This document shows, piece after piece, positions 47,494-56,488 of a stretch of DNA of 64,000 nucleotides. The position numbers and the translations under genes were made by a program. Numbering within the stretch: the first letter of the stretch is position 1; every line of letters begins with the position of its first letter. The notes under the pieces are model-generated. The model was not told where the DNA came from, searched no databases, and saw nothing but the letters and a program-made list of their open reading frames with translations. Origin of the DNA: an uncultured Anaerolineaceae bacterium (GTDB taxonomy: Bacteria; Chloroflexota; Anaerolineae; Anaerolineales; E44-bin32); assembly GCA_964475265.1 (NCBI GenBank), contig CAYYVY010000003.1, forward strand, positions 1,500-65,499, in the 5' to 3' direction.

Positions 47494-49035
47494 CTACGGC
47501 TTCGTGAAAGGCCGATCTTTCTCCTCGATCATCTTAAGCATTTCTTGCTGCAGTTGCGAAGCAATTGTCGGATGGGTGGTGAGTAGATTCTGCAATTCTT
47601 CCGGATCATCGCGCAAGTTGTAGAGCTCGTACACACCGTCGTGCCCCTCGTAGCCGCGGTAGTGGATCAATTTGAAATCGCCTTTGATCATCGCCACCGT
47701 CGCTTTGCGTAAAGGAGCCAGTTTGGGGTTGCTTTTGGCTTCAACGACGAAGATGCTTCGCTCGCTGGGATGATCTTGTGCGGCATATGGGGGAAGAACC
47801 AATCCTTCACACCACGAAGGGATTGAACGACCGGCAAGGTGAAGCAGGGTAGGCAGAATGTCGATACAGCTTGTGGGGAGATAGACGTCCTGACGCTCTT
47901 TCTGACCGGGCCGTGTAATCAACAGCGGGACACGGACGATCGGTTCGAACAACGTAGGTGTGGTGTGTTTCCATATCTTGCGTTCAAACATCTCACCATG
48001 GTCGGACGTCAGCACGACAATGGTGTTGTCGTAGAACCCATTGGTTTCCAGATAATGATCCAATCGCCCGAACTCCGCATCGACGTAGGCGATGTATTCG
48101 TCGTAGAAGACGCGTTTCTCGTCCAAAACGTGCTGCCGATCTTCGAAGTTGGCAAAGAAATGATCGGGTTTCGGCGTTGGCGTCCAACCATCCCAGAAAA
48201 TGTTTACAAATTCCTCGCGTGGGCTGTAGGGATCATGTGGAGGCATCATGTGTAAATAACTGATGAAGGGTTGAGGCCACTCGGTCATTTGTTCTTGGAT
48301 CCAATCAATCGTCTCTTCGAGCGGGTAGAGCATGTCGTGATATCCCGGTACACCGCGGGGAAACCTTCGTTCCAAACGTCGCATTATGGATTGGTTCACG
48401 AACTTCTTTATCGACCATAAGATCGGGAAAAGGAAAAGAGAATTGGACGGTTCTCCCGGTTGTTTGTAATGACTGCGTTCGCCCTGGGAAGCGATACCAT
48501 AATCGCGCCGGAAGAGGTTATCGGAGACATTGAAGTCCACCAAGGCGATTTGATTGGGGAGTGTGAAAAGGTCGAGGTTTTGTTGGAGATAGAACAAAAT
48601 GATGTTTACCAAGAGATTGTGGGAAAACCCGACGCGGGTGTAGGTCTCTGCGTTGAATTCGCTGAAAATATTTCTGGAAGTGAATGAATCAAGCGGGGTT
48701 GCGTGGTGGCTGAATGCCCGATGCGTCCAGGGGAGCGTTCCGGTGAGTATGGAGGAGGTGCCGGGCGTGGTGAAGTTGCCGCCGGCGTAATGGTTGTGAT
48801 AGACGGTTGCTCTCTCTGCAAAGCGTTTCAAGTTGGGTGTCGTCTCCCGATGGAATCCGTAGAGAGACACATCGCGGGCTGCGAGCGTGTCGAAAACTAC
48901 GATGAGCACATTGGGTTTGTTCGCATTGGTTTTATTCCGGCCAAACGAAGGACTGGAGCCGGCAACCCACGGTGTGGCGAGCGAGATCAAGGAAGCCATT
49001 TTCAGGAATTCGCGCCGGTTAATTTTTGGTCTCAT
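47494..49035 (-). CDS. Tat-exported sulfatase-fold (alkaline-phosphatase superfamily) enzyme, Thr-type nucleophile motif
   Basis: Tat motif NRREFLKM. Metal and active-site motifs VLIVVFDTL, NFTTPGTSSILTG (TxPxT where sulfatases have CxPxR) and LTSDHGEMF. Confidence 0.75.
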   Translation of the reverse strand: MRPKINRREFLKMASLISLATPWVAGSSPSFGRNKTNANKPNVLIVVFDTLAARDVSLYGFHRETTPNLKRFAERATVYHNHYAGGNFTTPGTSSILTGTLPWTHRAFSHHATPLDSFTSRNIFSEFNAETYTRVGFSHNLLVNIILFYLQQNLDLFTLPNQIALVDFNVSDNLFRRDYGIASQGERSHYKQPGEPSNSLFLFPILWSIKKFVNQSIMRRLERRFPRGVPGYHDMLYPLEETIDWIQEQMTEWPQPFISYLHMMPPHDPYSPREEFVNIFWDGWTPTPKPDHFFANFEDRQHVLDEKRVFYDEYIAYVDAEFGRLDHYLETNGFYDNTIVVLTSDHGEMFERKIWKHTTPTLFEPIVRVPLLITRPGQKERQDVYLPTSCIDILPTLLHLAGRSIPSWCEGLVLPPYAAQDHPSERSIFVVEAKSNPKLAPLRKATVAMIKGDFKLIHYRGYEGHDGVYELYNLRDDPEELQNLLTTHPTIASQLQQEMLKMIEEKDRPFTKP

Positions 49036-49042
49036 TGAATAC

Positions 49043-49561
49043 TCACAGATTCCGTGCGATGACGACTATGACCCCGATGATGTCGAGAAACACATATAGA
49101 AAGGTCAGGATCGTAAGCCGTTCTGCCACGAGGCGGGTTATCTTTTGCAACTTTGATATTCTAGGTACGATGATGAGTGATATTGCCAGGGTCATCAGGC
49201 AAGCAACGAACATCCAACGTAAGGGGGAATACTGCTGTACAAGGTGTTGAAAGACGATGGCCATGATCGAGAGTTCAATCAAGAGGACTGCACACGTGGT
49301 TAGGAAAGGTTCTGGCAGCCATCTCTTGGGGATCAGCAAACCGATGACGAGTATGATGAGATAGATGAGGAGTGTCTCGAAAATCGTAAACATCAGATGG
49401 TATGCCACGCTGCCAACGATGTCGTCCCCACTCATGTACAGAATCCACGAGGGGACGTTTCTGAGCATGATGATGATCGACCAAACGTGGATTGGAAAGG
49501 CGCACAGAACGAATACGTGCATCAGATCTTGTGGAGAAAAGCGTTTTCGCAGGAATTTCAA
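49043..49561 (-). CDS. hypothetical polytopic membrane protein (paired with the sulfatase-fold gene)
   Basis: 172 aa with about 5-6 TM helices. The stop lies 7 nt before the sulfatase-fold start. Paralogue of 51171-51731. Confidence 0.6.
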   Translation of the reverse strand: MKFLRKRFSPQDLMHVFVLCAFPIHVWSIIIMLRNVPSWILYMSGDDIVGSVAYHLMFTIFETLLIYLIILVIGLLIPKRWLPEPFLTTCAVLLIELSIMAIVFQHLVQQYSPLRWMFVACLMTLAISLIIVPRISKLQKITRLVAERLTILTFLYVFLDIIGVIVVIARNL

Positions 49562-49611
49562 CGTTGCTTGACCTCGCTTGGAGATAGTCTCGTCATTTTA
49601 GAGAGGCAAGG

Positions 49612-51162
49612 CTAGTCTGAGTCCGATTGGATAAAAGGCGCATCCTTCTCCTCAATCTTCGCCAGCAGCTCATTTTTTAATGCTAACGCGATAGACGATT
49701 GAGTTGAGTAAAGATTTTCCAGTTCGTCAGGATCCTGTTCTAAATTATAGAGTTCGTATACGTCGTCGTATCCTTGATAACCCCGGTAATAGATCAGTTT
49801 GAACTCGCCTTTAATCATCGCGACGGTGGCTTTGCGCAGCGGTCCTATTTTGGGATTGCTTTTCGCTTCCACAGCGAAGATGCTGCGGTCGGGAGGTTGA
49901 TTTTGCGGCGTGTAGGGGGGAAGCACCGTGCCTTCAACCCAGGATGGAATCTGACGCTTTGTAAGATGCAGGAGGGTAGGCAGGACGTCCACGGAACAAG
50001 TCGTGGTGCGCACATCTTGCCGTGAAGTTTGGCCGGGGGTGGAGATCAGCAGTGGTACGCGGATGATGGGCTGGAACAGCGTCGGCGTAGTGTGCTGCCA
50101 TATCTTGCGTTCGAACATCTCCCCGTGGTCGGATGTAAGGATTACGATACTGTTGTCGAATACGCCAGTTTCCTGCAAATAGTCATGCAGACGTCCGAAC
50201 TCGGCATCCACGTAAGCTATGAATTGATCATAAAAAATGCGATGTCCATCGAGGATGTGTTGTCGGTTGGGGAAGTCGCCGAAAAAGTGGTCGGGTTTTG
50301 AAGGGGGTTGCCAACCATCCAGATACAAATCGATGAAATCTTTCCGGGGGCGGTAGGGATCGTGTGGCGGCATCATGTGCAGGTAGGCCAGGAAGGGTTG
50401 TGACCAGCGCCTCAACTGTTCCATGATCCAGTCGATGGTGTCTTCAAGCGGATACAGCACGTCATGGTCGCCGGGAATGCCCTTGGGGAAGTTGCCCTCG
50501 AGGCGATCGATCAGCAAGTTATTGATTTTTTCCCGAATAGACCAGAGGATCGGGAACAGAAAGAGAGAATCAGACAACCTATCGGGTTTTTTGAAGTAAA
50601 AAGTCTCGCTTTGGGAGGCGATCGAGTAATCCCATGGGAATATGTTATCGGCGAGGTTGTAATCGATCAAAGCCACCTCGTTCGGCAAAATGAATTCATC
50701 GAGGTTGGCTTTCAAATGGTCGAGGATCAGGCTGGCGAAGAAATTGTGTGTGAAGCCGATGCGTGTGTAATCACCGCCGCCAAATTCGCTGAAAACGTTA
50801 CGGTCGTTGTAGGCATCGAGCAGGGTGCCGTAGTGATTTATTGCCCTGTGGGTCCACGGGTAAGTCCCGGTGAGCAGCGAAGAAGTTCCCGGAGTCGTGA
50901 AATTGCCTGCGGAGTAATGCCTGTGAAACACTGTTGCGTGTTCCGCGAAACGCAGCAGGTTGGGGGTAGTTTCTCGATTGAAGCCGTAGAGTGAGGCATC
51001 ATGCGCGGAAAAAGCGTCGAAGACGATGATGATGACGTTGGGAGTGTCCGCATTTGTTCTCTGTTCTTCGAATTCGGGGTTCGACGCAGATAGAATTGGA
51101 GAGGTGAAAGGGATAAGGGATGCCAGCTTGAGAAATCCACGACGATTGATGGTTGGTTTCAT
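49612..51162 (-). CDS. Tat-exported sulfatase-fold (alkaline-phosphatase superfamily) enzyme, paralogue
   Basis: Start at MKPTINRRGFLKL (ATG 51162). The 97-aa upstream extension in the track overlaps the membrane gene and is rejected. It carries the same NFTTPGTSSLLTG and LTSDHGEMF motifs and is collinear with 47494-49035. Confidence 0.75.
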   Translation of the reverse strand: MKPTINRRGFLKLASLIPFTSPILSASNPEFEEQRTNADTPNVIIIVFDAFSAHDASLYGFNRETTPNLLRFAEHATVFHRHYSAGNFTTPGTSSLLTGTYPWTHRAINHYGTLLDAYNDRNVFSEFGGGDYTRIGFTHNFFASLILDHLKANLDEFILPNEVALIDYNLADNIFPWDYSIASQSETFYFKKPDRLSDSLFLFPILWSIREKINNLLIDRLEGNFPKGIPGDHDVLYPLEDTIDWIMEQLRRWSQPFLAYLHMMPPHDPYRPRKDFIDLYLDGWQPPSKPDHFFGDFPNRQHILDGHRIFYDQFIAYVDAEFGRLHDYLQETGVFDNSIVILTSDHGEMFERKIWQHTTPTLFQPIIRVPLLISTPGQTSRQDVRTTTCSVDVLPTLLHLTKRQIPSWVEGTVLPPYTPQNQPPDRSIFAVEAKSNPKIGPLRKATVAMIKGEFKLIYYRGYQGYDDVYELYNLEQDPDELENLYSTQSSIALALKNELLAKIEEKDAPFIQSDSD

Positions 51163-51170
51163 AGTATGGC

Positions 51171-51731
51171 TCACAGGATCCGGGTGAATACGACGACCAG
51201 GGCGACGATATCGACAAAAATATAGAGGAATGTAAGAACGGTCAGCCGTTTGATGATGGCGACGAAGATGTTGTTTAGCTTCTGGATGCGTGATACTGCA
51301 AATGCGACCACGATGGCCAGCAGTATCGCCGCGACGACCAGGAGGCGTCGATAGAGTACATATTTGAGCGTAAGGTATTGAATGGCGATCGCCAAGAGGG
51401 AGAGTTCGATCAACAACACAAAGCAAAAAGGAACGATCGATGGTCCGATCCACCGTTTGGGGATCAATAGTCCCAATAACAAAATACAGGCGAATACAAA
51501 GATGCTCTCGACGAGCATGAAGGTCAAAGTATAGGAAACGGCGCCAACAAGTTCACTTCTTGTTAGGTGAAGCAGCCAGGAAGGAACATCGCGGAACATG
51601 TTGGGGATCGCCCATACATGGATCGGAAACGAACAGGTGACGAAAATCTGTATTAACTCTTCTGAAGAAAACCTGTGCTTAAAGATAGCCAAGATCCTTG
51701 AGCCTTTCTTCCAGAGTTTCCCGATCTTCAT
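51171..51731 (-). CDS. hypothetical polytopic membrane protein, paralogue of 49043-49561
   Basis: Collinear with its paralogue from FKHRFSSEEL onward. The start is uncertain (GTG 51785, ATG 51731 or TTG 51692), and all candidates overlap the end of the upstream gene. Confidence 0.55.
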   Translation of the reverse strand: MKIGKLWKKGSRILAIFKHRFSSEELIQIFVTCSFPIHVWAIPNMFRDVPSWLLHLTRSELVGAVSYTLTFMLVESIFVFACILLLGLLIPKRWIGPSIVPFCFVLLIELSLLAIAIQYLTLKYVLYRRLLVVAAILLAIVVAFAVSRIQKLNNIFVAIIKRLTVLTFLYIFVDIVALVVVFTRIL

Positions 51732-53523
51732 CACTCGTAACTGGCGGCTTGGATGCTGAGGTTTCACGGGGTTGGAATTTTCCACCGATCACCAGATCCG
51801 GAACGTCGGCGTACGAGGGCGATGCGAGTTGTTCCAAGCTCGTGTTGGCAAACAGCACGCCCGGCACGAGGCCCGGGTCGATGCAGTGATCCGCACCCCA
51901 GTGATCGAGATTCCTTTCGAGTGCGTCGGCCTCCCAATTTCCGAGTCCCGTCTGCCCCGAAGCTCGATATCCGCTATTGAATCCCACTACAAGATCCGGC
52001 GCGTAGGGCGTGAGCGGGCCGTGGAACGCTTCCTCGCCCGTCCAGACCGTCCGCACAATCTGTCGGTTATCGGGTCCTTTCCAAGAGAGCAGCTCGTCTT
52101 TGATTTGGGCGGACAGCGCAGCTTGTTCGTTGTCGGCGACAATGCCGAGCTTCTCTCGCCCGGACATGTTGAGGTAAATGCTCGATAATCCCACCGCATA
52201 AGCACGGGTCTTCTGCCAGAGGACGTCCTGAAGTCCCCCTCGTGCCTCGTTGGTCTCAGGGGCAAGATGGCCATGTTCAATGAGCCAGCGATTCAGGTGA
52301 ACTTTGTAGTCGAAGCTGCTAAAGCCATGATCGGAGAGCACCAGAACTCTTGCATCTTGATGACCGCATTTTTTAATTTGCGCCACGATGCGGCCGAACA
52401 AGGCGTCCAATTTCAGGTACCATGATTCGACAATGTCCTCTCGGTCTCGCCAAAACATGTGCTGAAGACGATCGAGGGAGTCGAAAACGATGGCGAGAAT
52501 GCCTTCGTCGAAAGCTTGAATCTGACTCATAAGTACTTTTTCGCGAGACTCGAGGATCGAATCACACAAATATAAAAAGTGGTCGTCCTGAATGAATCCC
52601 TCGTCCAATGCGGTCGTGTCCTGTGGCCAGCCGAGGGTGTGAAACGGGCCGACATTTATCCACAGCCCCTTGGCGAAACCACCTGGATTGGCGTAAGGCC
52701 ACACAGCTTTTTGGGGATGTATCTGCAGCGGGAGGAAGTACAATCCCGGTCCATGGGAATTTTCGGTCAGCAGGACTTGCGTGATGGCGCGCACGGAAAC
52801 ACCGAGCCGCAGTTTGAAAGCAAGTTCGACAAAAGGACTCCAACGATCCTTTTCCAGCGCAATGATGTTCTTGTTGATTTGCAATCTGGCGTTGTTGGCG
52901 TCGATCCATTCGATCTCGAAAGCAAGTGAGGCTTGCTTGTCATCGGTTTTGTCCGATTTAAGCAGCGGTCCCTTCAAGGTGCCGTGTGCTTTTTGCTTGC
53001 CATCCGGTGAGAGGGTTTCGACGTTGGTTTTGTAGGTCTTTTCTGTGGGGTTGGGGTCAAGCTTGAAATAGGTTCCCACACCCAGGCGGCCGAGGATGTC
53101 TGGCGTCCCGAGGCCGGGGATCGTTTGTACGGGGGATTGCCTGCGGGCGGGAAAAGTTGCCGGCCACCAAAGGGTCGTAGCGGGATAGCCCATCTCTACG
53201 GCGTGTTCGAATACGGTATGGGCGTTGTGCGGGGGGACGAACTGCACGCCGAGCGCCGATTTCCTTGTGGGCAGTAAGGAAACGTGCAGGGCGTAATTGT
53301 CTGGATTGCGGTGTACGAAATCGAAGAGTCCGTGTTCGCCCGGGTTCATGCCGCTGGCGATACTGGTCCAGGAAACTTCACTTTGTGCAGGATTAGCAAC
53401 CGCCAAGCGGGCATAACCCTTGTTTGCGACATACTCTCCCAGGTTTGGCAGTTTCCCTTGGCTGTGCAGCCGTTCGAACAGGGTGGGATCGAACGCATCG
53501 AATCCGATAATAAAGGTTTTCAT
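51679..53523 (-). CDS. alkaline phosphatase family protein (type I phosphodiesterase / nucleotide pyrophosphatase-like)
   Basis: MKTFIIGFDAFDP, SEVSWTSIASGMNPGEHGLFDF and VLSDHGF form the PF01663-like motif order. Confidence 0.7.
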   Translation of the reverse strand: MKTFIIGFDAFDPTLFERLHSQGKLPNLGEYVANKGYARLAVANPAQSEVSWTSIASGMNPGEHGLFDFVHRNPDNYALHVSLLPTRKSALGVQFVPPHNAHTVFEHAVEMGYPATTLWWPATFPARRQSPVQTIPGLGTPDILGRLGVGTYFKLDPNPTEKTYKTNVETLSPDGKQKAHGTLKGPLLKSDKTDDKQASLAFEIEWIDANNARLQINKNIIALEKDRWSPFVELAFKLRLGVSVRAITQVLLTENSHGPGLYFLPLQIHPQKAVWPYANPGGFAKGLWINVGPFHTLGWPQDTTALDEGFIQDDHFLYLCDSILESREKVLMSQIQAFDEGILAIVFDSLDRLQHMFWRDREDIVESWYLKLDALFGRIVAQIKKCGHQDARVLVLSDHGFSSFDYKVHLNRWLIEHGHLAPETNEARGGLQDVLWQKTRAYAVGLSSIYLNMSGREKLGIVADNEQAALSAQIKDELLSWKGPDNRQIVRTVWTGEEAFHGPLTPYAPDLVVGFNSGYRASGQTGLGNWEADALERNLDHWGADHCIDPGLVPGVLFANTSLEQLASPSYADVPDLVIGGKFQPRETSASKPPVTSDEDRETLEERLKDLGYL

Positions 53524-53548
53524 CTAAATACTACAGTGAGTCCCGGTT

Positions 53549-53749
53549 TCACTGATCCGTGGATGGATCTACATCCGTGCTTTCGATTTCTGCAGGCGTG
53601 TCGCTTCCCGATTCTCGGAATCGTCGCTTCAACCTCGCCCAAAACATGCGAATCTTGCTTGAAAACACCAGAACCATCCCAGATATCGCCGCAAAGAGAA
53701 TCGCTAAGAGTTGAAAAATCTGGCCTCCGGTGTTCGGATCAATATACAT
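53549..53749 (-). CDS. hypothetical small membrane protein (66 aa)
   Basis: MYIDPNTGGQIFQLLAILFAAISGMVLVF (one TM helix) followed by a basic then acidic tail. It sits directly upstream of the AlkP-family gene. Confidence 0.4.
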   Translation of the reverse strand: MYIDPNTGGQIFQLLAILFAAISGMVLVFSSKIRMFWARLKRRFRESGSDTPAEIESTDVDPSTDQ

Positions 53750-53964
53750 GGTTGCACCTCTATTCTTAAATCGAAACGAAATTTGTGTTCATCCGGGTGC
53801 GATACGTCGCCGAAAACAAAAAGGTTTAACGTCTTTGCCCGAATTGGTGGATTTCATCGATTTATGATCCCCGACATTATAAACCATGTCGCAGGTTGTT
53901 TTCAGTTTGATAAAAATCTGGGCGTGGTTCCGAGCGGCCGCGGGGCCTTTTCACGATTCAATTT

Positions 53965-54564
53965 TTACTTGCGCTGACGGTAGAGCTTGGGATCAACCGT
54001 GCGAACCATCGAATCCAGATCGAGTGCGCAACCGAGGAATTGAGCGATCTTCTCGACGTAGGTTTGTGGATCGTTGACGATTTCCTTATAAGGCATATCG
54101 ATACGGGCAATGTAGTCTTGTTGGGAGAGCCATACTTCGATCTCTCGCAGGTGATTCTCGAGGATCGTTTTCATTTTCTCGTCATCGATCTTATCGGGGT
54201 TTTCACCGCGGCGAACGATCATCTTTCGCTGTGAGGCAAGCACCTCGCCGAGTTCGCGCTGCATAAAGATGACGTGATAGTGCAGGTCTTTGGGAAGCTT
54301 GGGAAGAAGATAGGAAATGATCTTGACGACTTTGCCTCCGGCGTTTTCCACCCAGGAAGTCTCCCCTTCCTTCAGCTGCTTCACTGCTTCGTATTCGTAA
54401 TACCCCAGGGGATTATCATCGTCCGCCTGGCGGACGCCATCGGTGAGGAGTTCTAGCCCGCCGCTTGCGAGCATATTCATCATCATGGATGTCCCTGAGC
54501 GGGGCAATCCAGATACAACGACGATGGTGTCGGATATTTTGGGGTCGATCGTGGGGTTGGTCAT
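53965..54564 (-). CDS. sulfotransferase family protein
   Basis: VVVSGLPRSGTSMMMNML is the PAPS 5'-phosphosulfate-binding loop. The roughly 200-aa size is typical of bacterial stand-alone sulfotransferases. Confidence 0.7.
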   Translation of the reverse strand: MTNPTIDPKISDTIVVVSGLPRSGTSMMMNMLASGGLELLTDGVRQADDDNPLGYYEYEAVKQLKEGETSWVENAGGKVVKIISYLLPKLPKDLHYHVIFMQRELGEVLASQRKMIVRRGENPDKIDDEKMKTILENHLREIEVWLSQQDYIARIDMPYKEIVNDPQTYVEKIAQFLGCALDLDSMVRTVDPKLYRQRK

Positions 54565-54616
54565 CGATTACACTCTGGTTGTTTTCTAATCACGGCAGAT
54601 CACACCCTTACAGACC

Positions 54617-56197
54617 CTATTGGACGGAATCTACGAAGTATTTCGGGTTCAGCGGCTCTGCGGTCACGCTTTCGAGGTGACTCGCCCAATCCTGGCTGGC
54701 GCCGGGTTTGAAGTAATTCTCAATCAGCCACCGGCCGGTCTGGGTCTGTCCCAGGCGTGTGCCACTCTGCTTACTCAGGAACGCTTGCAGCTGCGACGAC
54801 ACGAGATGGCCGATTTCATAGCTATGATAGTAGACGGGGACGAGTGCCACGTGGTACTTTGCAGCCCAGTCCGGTGCGCGCCGATTTTCGGGCCGCCGCA
54901 GCAACTGATATTTCTCGACCAGATCCCACCATAAAGTATCCAAGTCCCGTTCAGGATCAGCGTAGAGGGCACGCTCGAAATCCGTCATCACCATCGCCCA
55001 GCGTGTGAAAACCAGCCGCTGGGCGCGTTTCTGTTCGGCGGCGGCGGAAGAAAGGCGTTCCGCTTCACTGTCATCCATCCCCAGCACGCTGCTCAGCCAG
55101 ATGCGATCGTAGGTCTGTGCTTCCATCAACAGCGCGATGGCTTCTGTGGATAAGGAGTGCGGTGGGGTTCTTAGAATCCACGGCAATTGGGGATCGATGT
55201 GCTGGTCGTATACTGCGTGGCCGAGTTCGTGAAGCAGGATCGACGTCCAGTGGTGGGAGGGCTCCAGGTTGTTTAGCGTGCGTACGTCGCCTTCCCGATC
55301 GATGTCGATACAGAAGGCATGTTGGTCTTTACCTTCACGCGGGTAGAGGTCGGAGCGGTCGAGGATGCCGCGCACATCTATTTCCATGCCGTCGTAGGTC
55401 GCGAGGGCCAACTCGATGGGGTCTCGATCTGCAAAATAAGGATCCAGCGCCACTTCGCTGATCTCTGGCGCGCGTTGGAAAAAACGATCGCCGTAATGCC
55501 AGGGTCGCAGGTCTACCGCGTCGATTCCGAAGTGCCCGGCGCGGACCCGGTCGATCGTTTCCTTCAAGCGTATAAACGGTGTTCGAGTGGCTGTTTCGAG
55601 TTCGGCGAAGAGTGCCGCCAGCTGTGCCTCATCGATTTCATTGAGAACCAGCGACCGCTGGTAATGATCGCGGAAGCCTTGCGCCTGTGCAGATTTGTTC
55701 CGCAGGCGGGCCAACTCCCGTACGTAGTCGGCGACTTCTTCGCCGATGCGCTTGCTCGCTTCCCAGACCTGGCGCACGGCGGAAGAATCATGGCTGGTGC
55801 GCAAAATACTCTCTACTTCGTTATCACTGATCGATTTTCCATCGACGAGGGCGCGAAAGTTGTAAAAGCAATGTTGGGCCTTGGTCTCGAGATCGGTGAT
55901 GGCTTCGATGGTTGCTTCGTCTTGCTGCGCTTTCGCGCTCGCGAGGTAGATCCGCTTTAGCGTTCGACGGTGCAGCGCATCGTCCGTGGTGCTCGTTTCG
56001 TTGAATTTCTGCGCGGTTTCGTACAGTTTTTTATCGGCCCAGAAGCGCATCAATTCGGCTTTGGCGTCTTTCTCGCGTCGTGCGGCCTCTTCCGTGCCCG
56101 TCGTGGCGGACTGCCACATGGCGCTTGAGAATTGAATGTGCAGCTTGCGTACTCGCTCGGTGACTTCGTCAATGAACGTTTGCGGTCGTTCTGTCAT
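54617..56197 (-). CDS. gluzincin zinc metallopeptidase (M2/M3-like)
   Basis: Start at MTERPQTF (ATG 56197). HELGHAVYD is followed by a downstream STEAIALLME (compare HEAIGD of M2). Confidence 0.65.
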   Translation of the reverse strand: MTERPQTFIDEVTERVRKLHIQFSSAMWQSATTGTEEAARREKDAKAELMRFWADKKLYETAQKFNETSTTDDALHRRTLKRIYLASAKAQQDEATIEAITDLETKAQHCFYNFRALVDGKSISDNEVESILRTSHDSSAVRQVWEASKRIGEEVADYVRELARLRNKSAQAQGFRDHYQRSLVLNEIDEAQLAALFAELETATRTPFIRLKETIDRVRAGHFGIDAVDLRPWHYGDRFFQRAPEISEVALDPYFADRDPIELALATYDGMEIDVRGILDRSDLYPREGKDQHAFCIDIDREGDVRTLNNLEPSHHWTSILLHELGHAVYDQHIDPQLPWILRTPPHSLSTEAIALLMEAQTYDRIWLSSVLGMDDSEAERLSSAAAEQKRAQRLVFTRWAMVMTDFERALYADPERDLDTLWWDLVEKYQLLRRPENRRAPDWAAKYHVALVPVYYHSYEIGHLVSSQLQAFLSKQSGTRLGQTQTGRWLIENYFKPGASQDWASHLESVTAEPLNPKYFVDSVQ

Positions 56198-56488
56198 GCA
56201 TGACTCCAAACTGCAGTTGTTTGCAGCGCAGTGATGAAGTATATCAGAGGATCGCACTGCGCGATTGAATGCGCAGACGGCTTGGGCCATCGGCCCCGAG
56301 CGCTTCGTTTAGGAGCGAAAACGGATTTGCCGCAGGTTCGGCTTGAGTCTATTATGGGAGTAAGGCTGCCACGCGTTCTGCGAAACGTCACAAACGGTAG
56401 GCGCGATCCGTTTTGTATATAAAGACGGCAAACGATGACCTGAAATCCACTTTTTCACTCGTGACCGAGTCTAATCAAGGAGGTTCTC

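Noticed and set aside
49612-51453. N-terminal extensions suggested by the ORF track for the second sulfatase-fold gene (to 51453). The same issue affects metG (to 23292), the Cas4-like gene (from 5978), the methyltransferase (from 38652), panB (from 40501), coaBC (from 58644) and the HD protein (to 17142).
   Set aside because: The extensions overlap neighbouring genes and lack family similarity. Internal starts coincide with RBS motifs, signal peptides or the conserved N-termini of the families.
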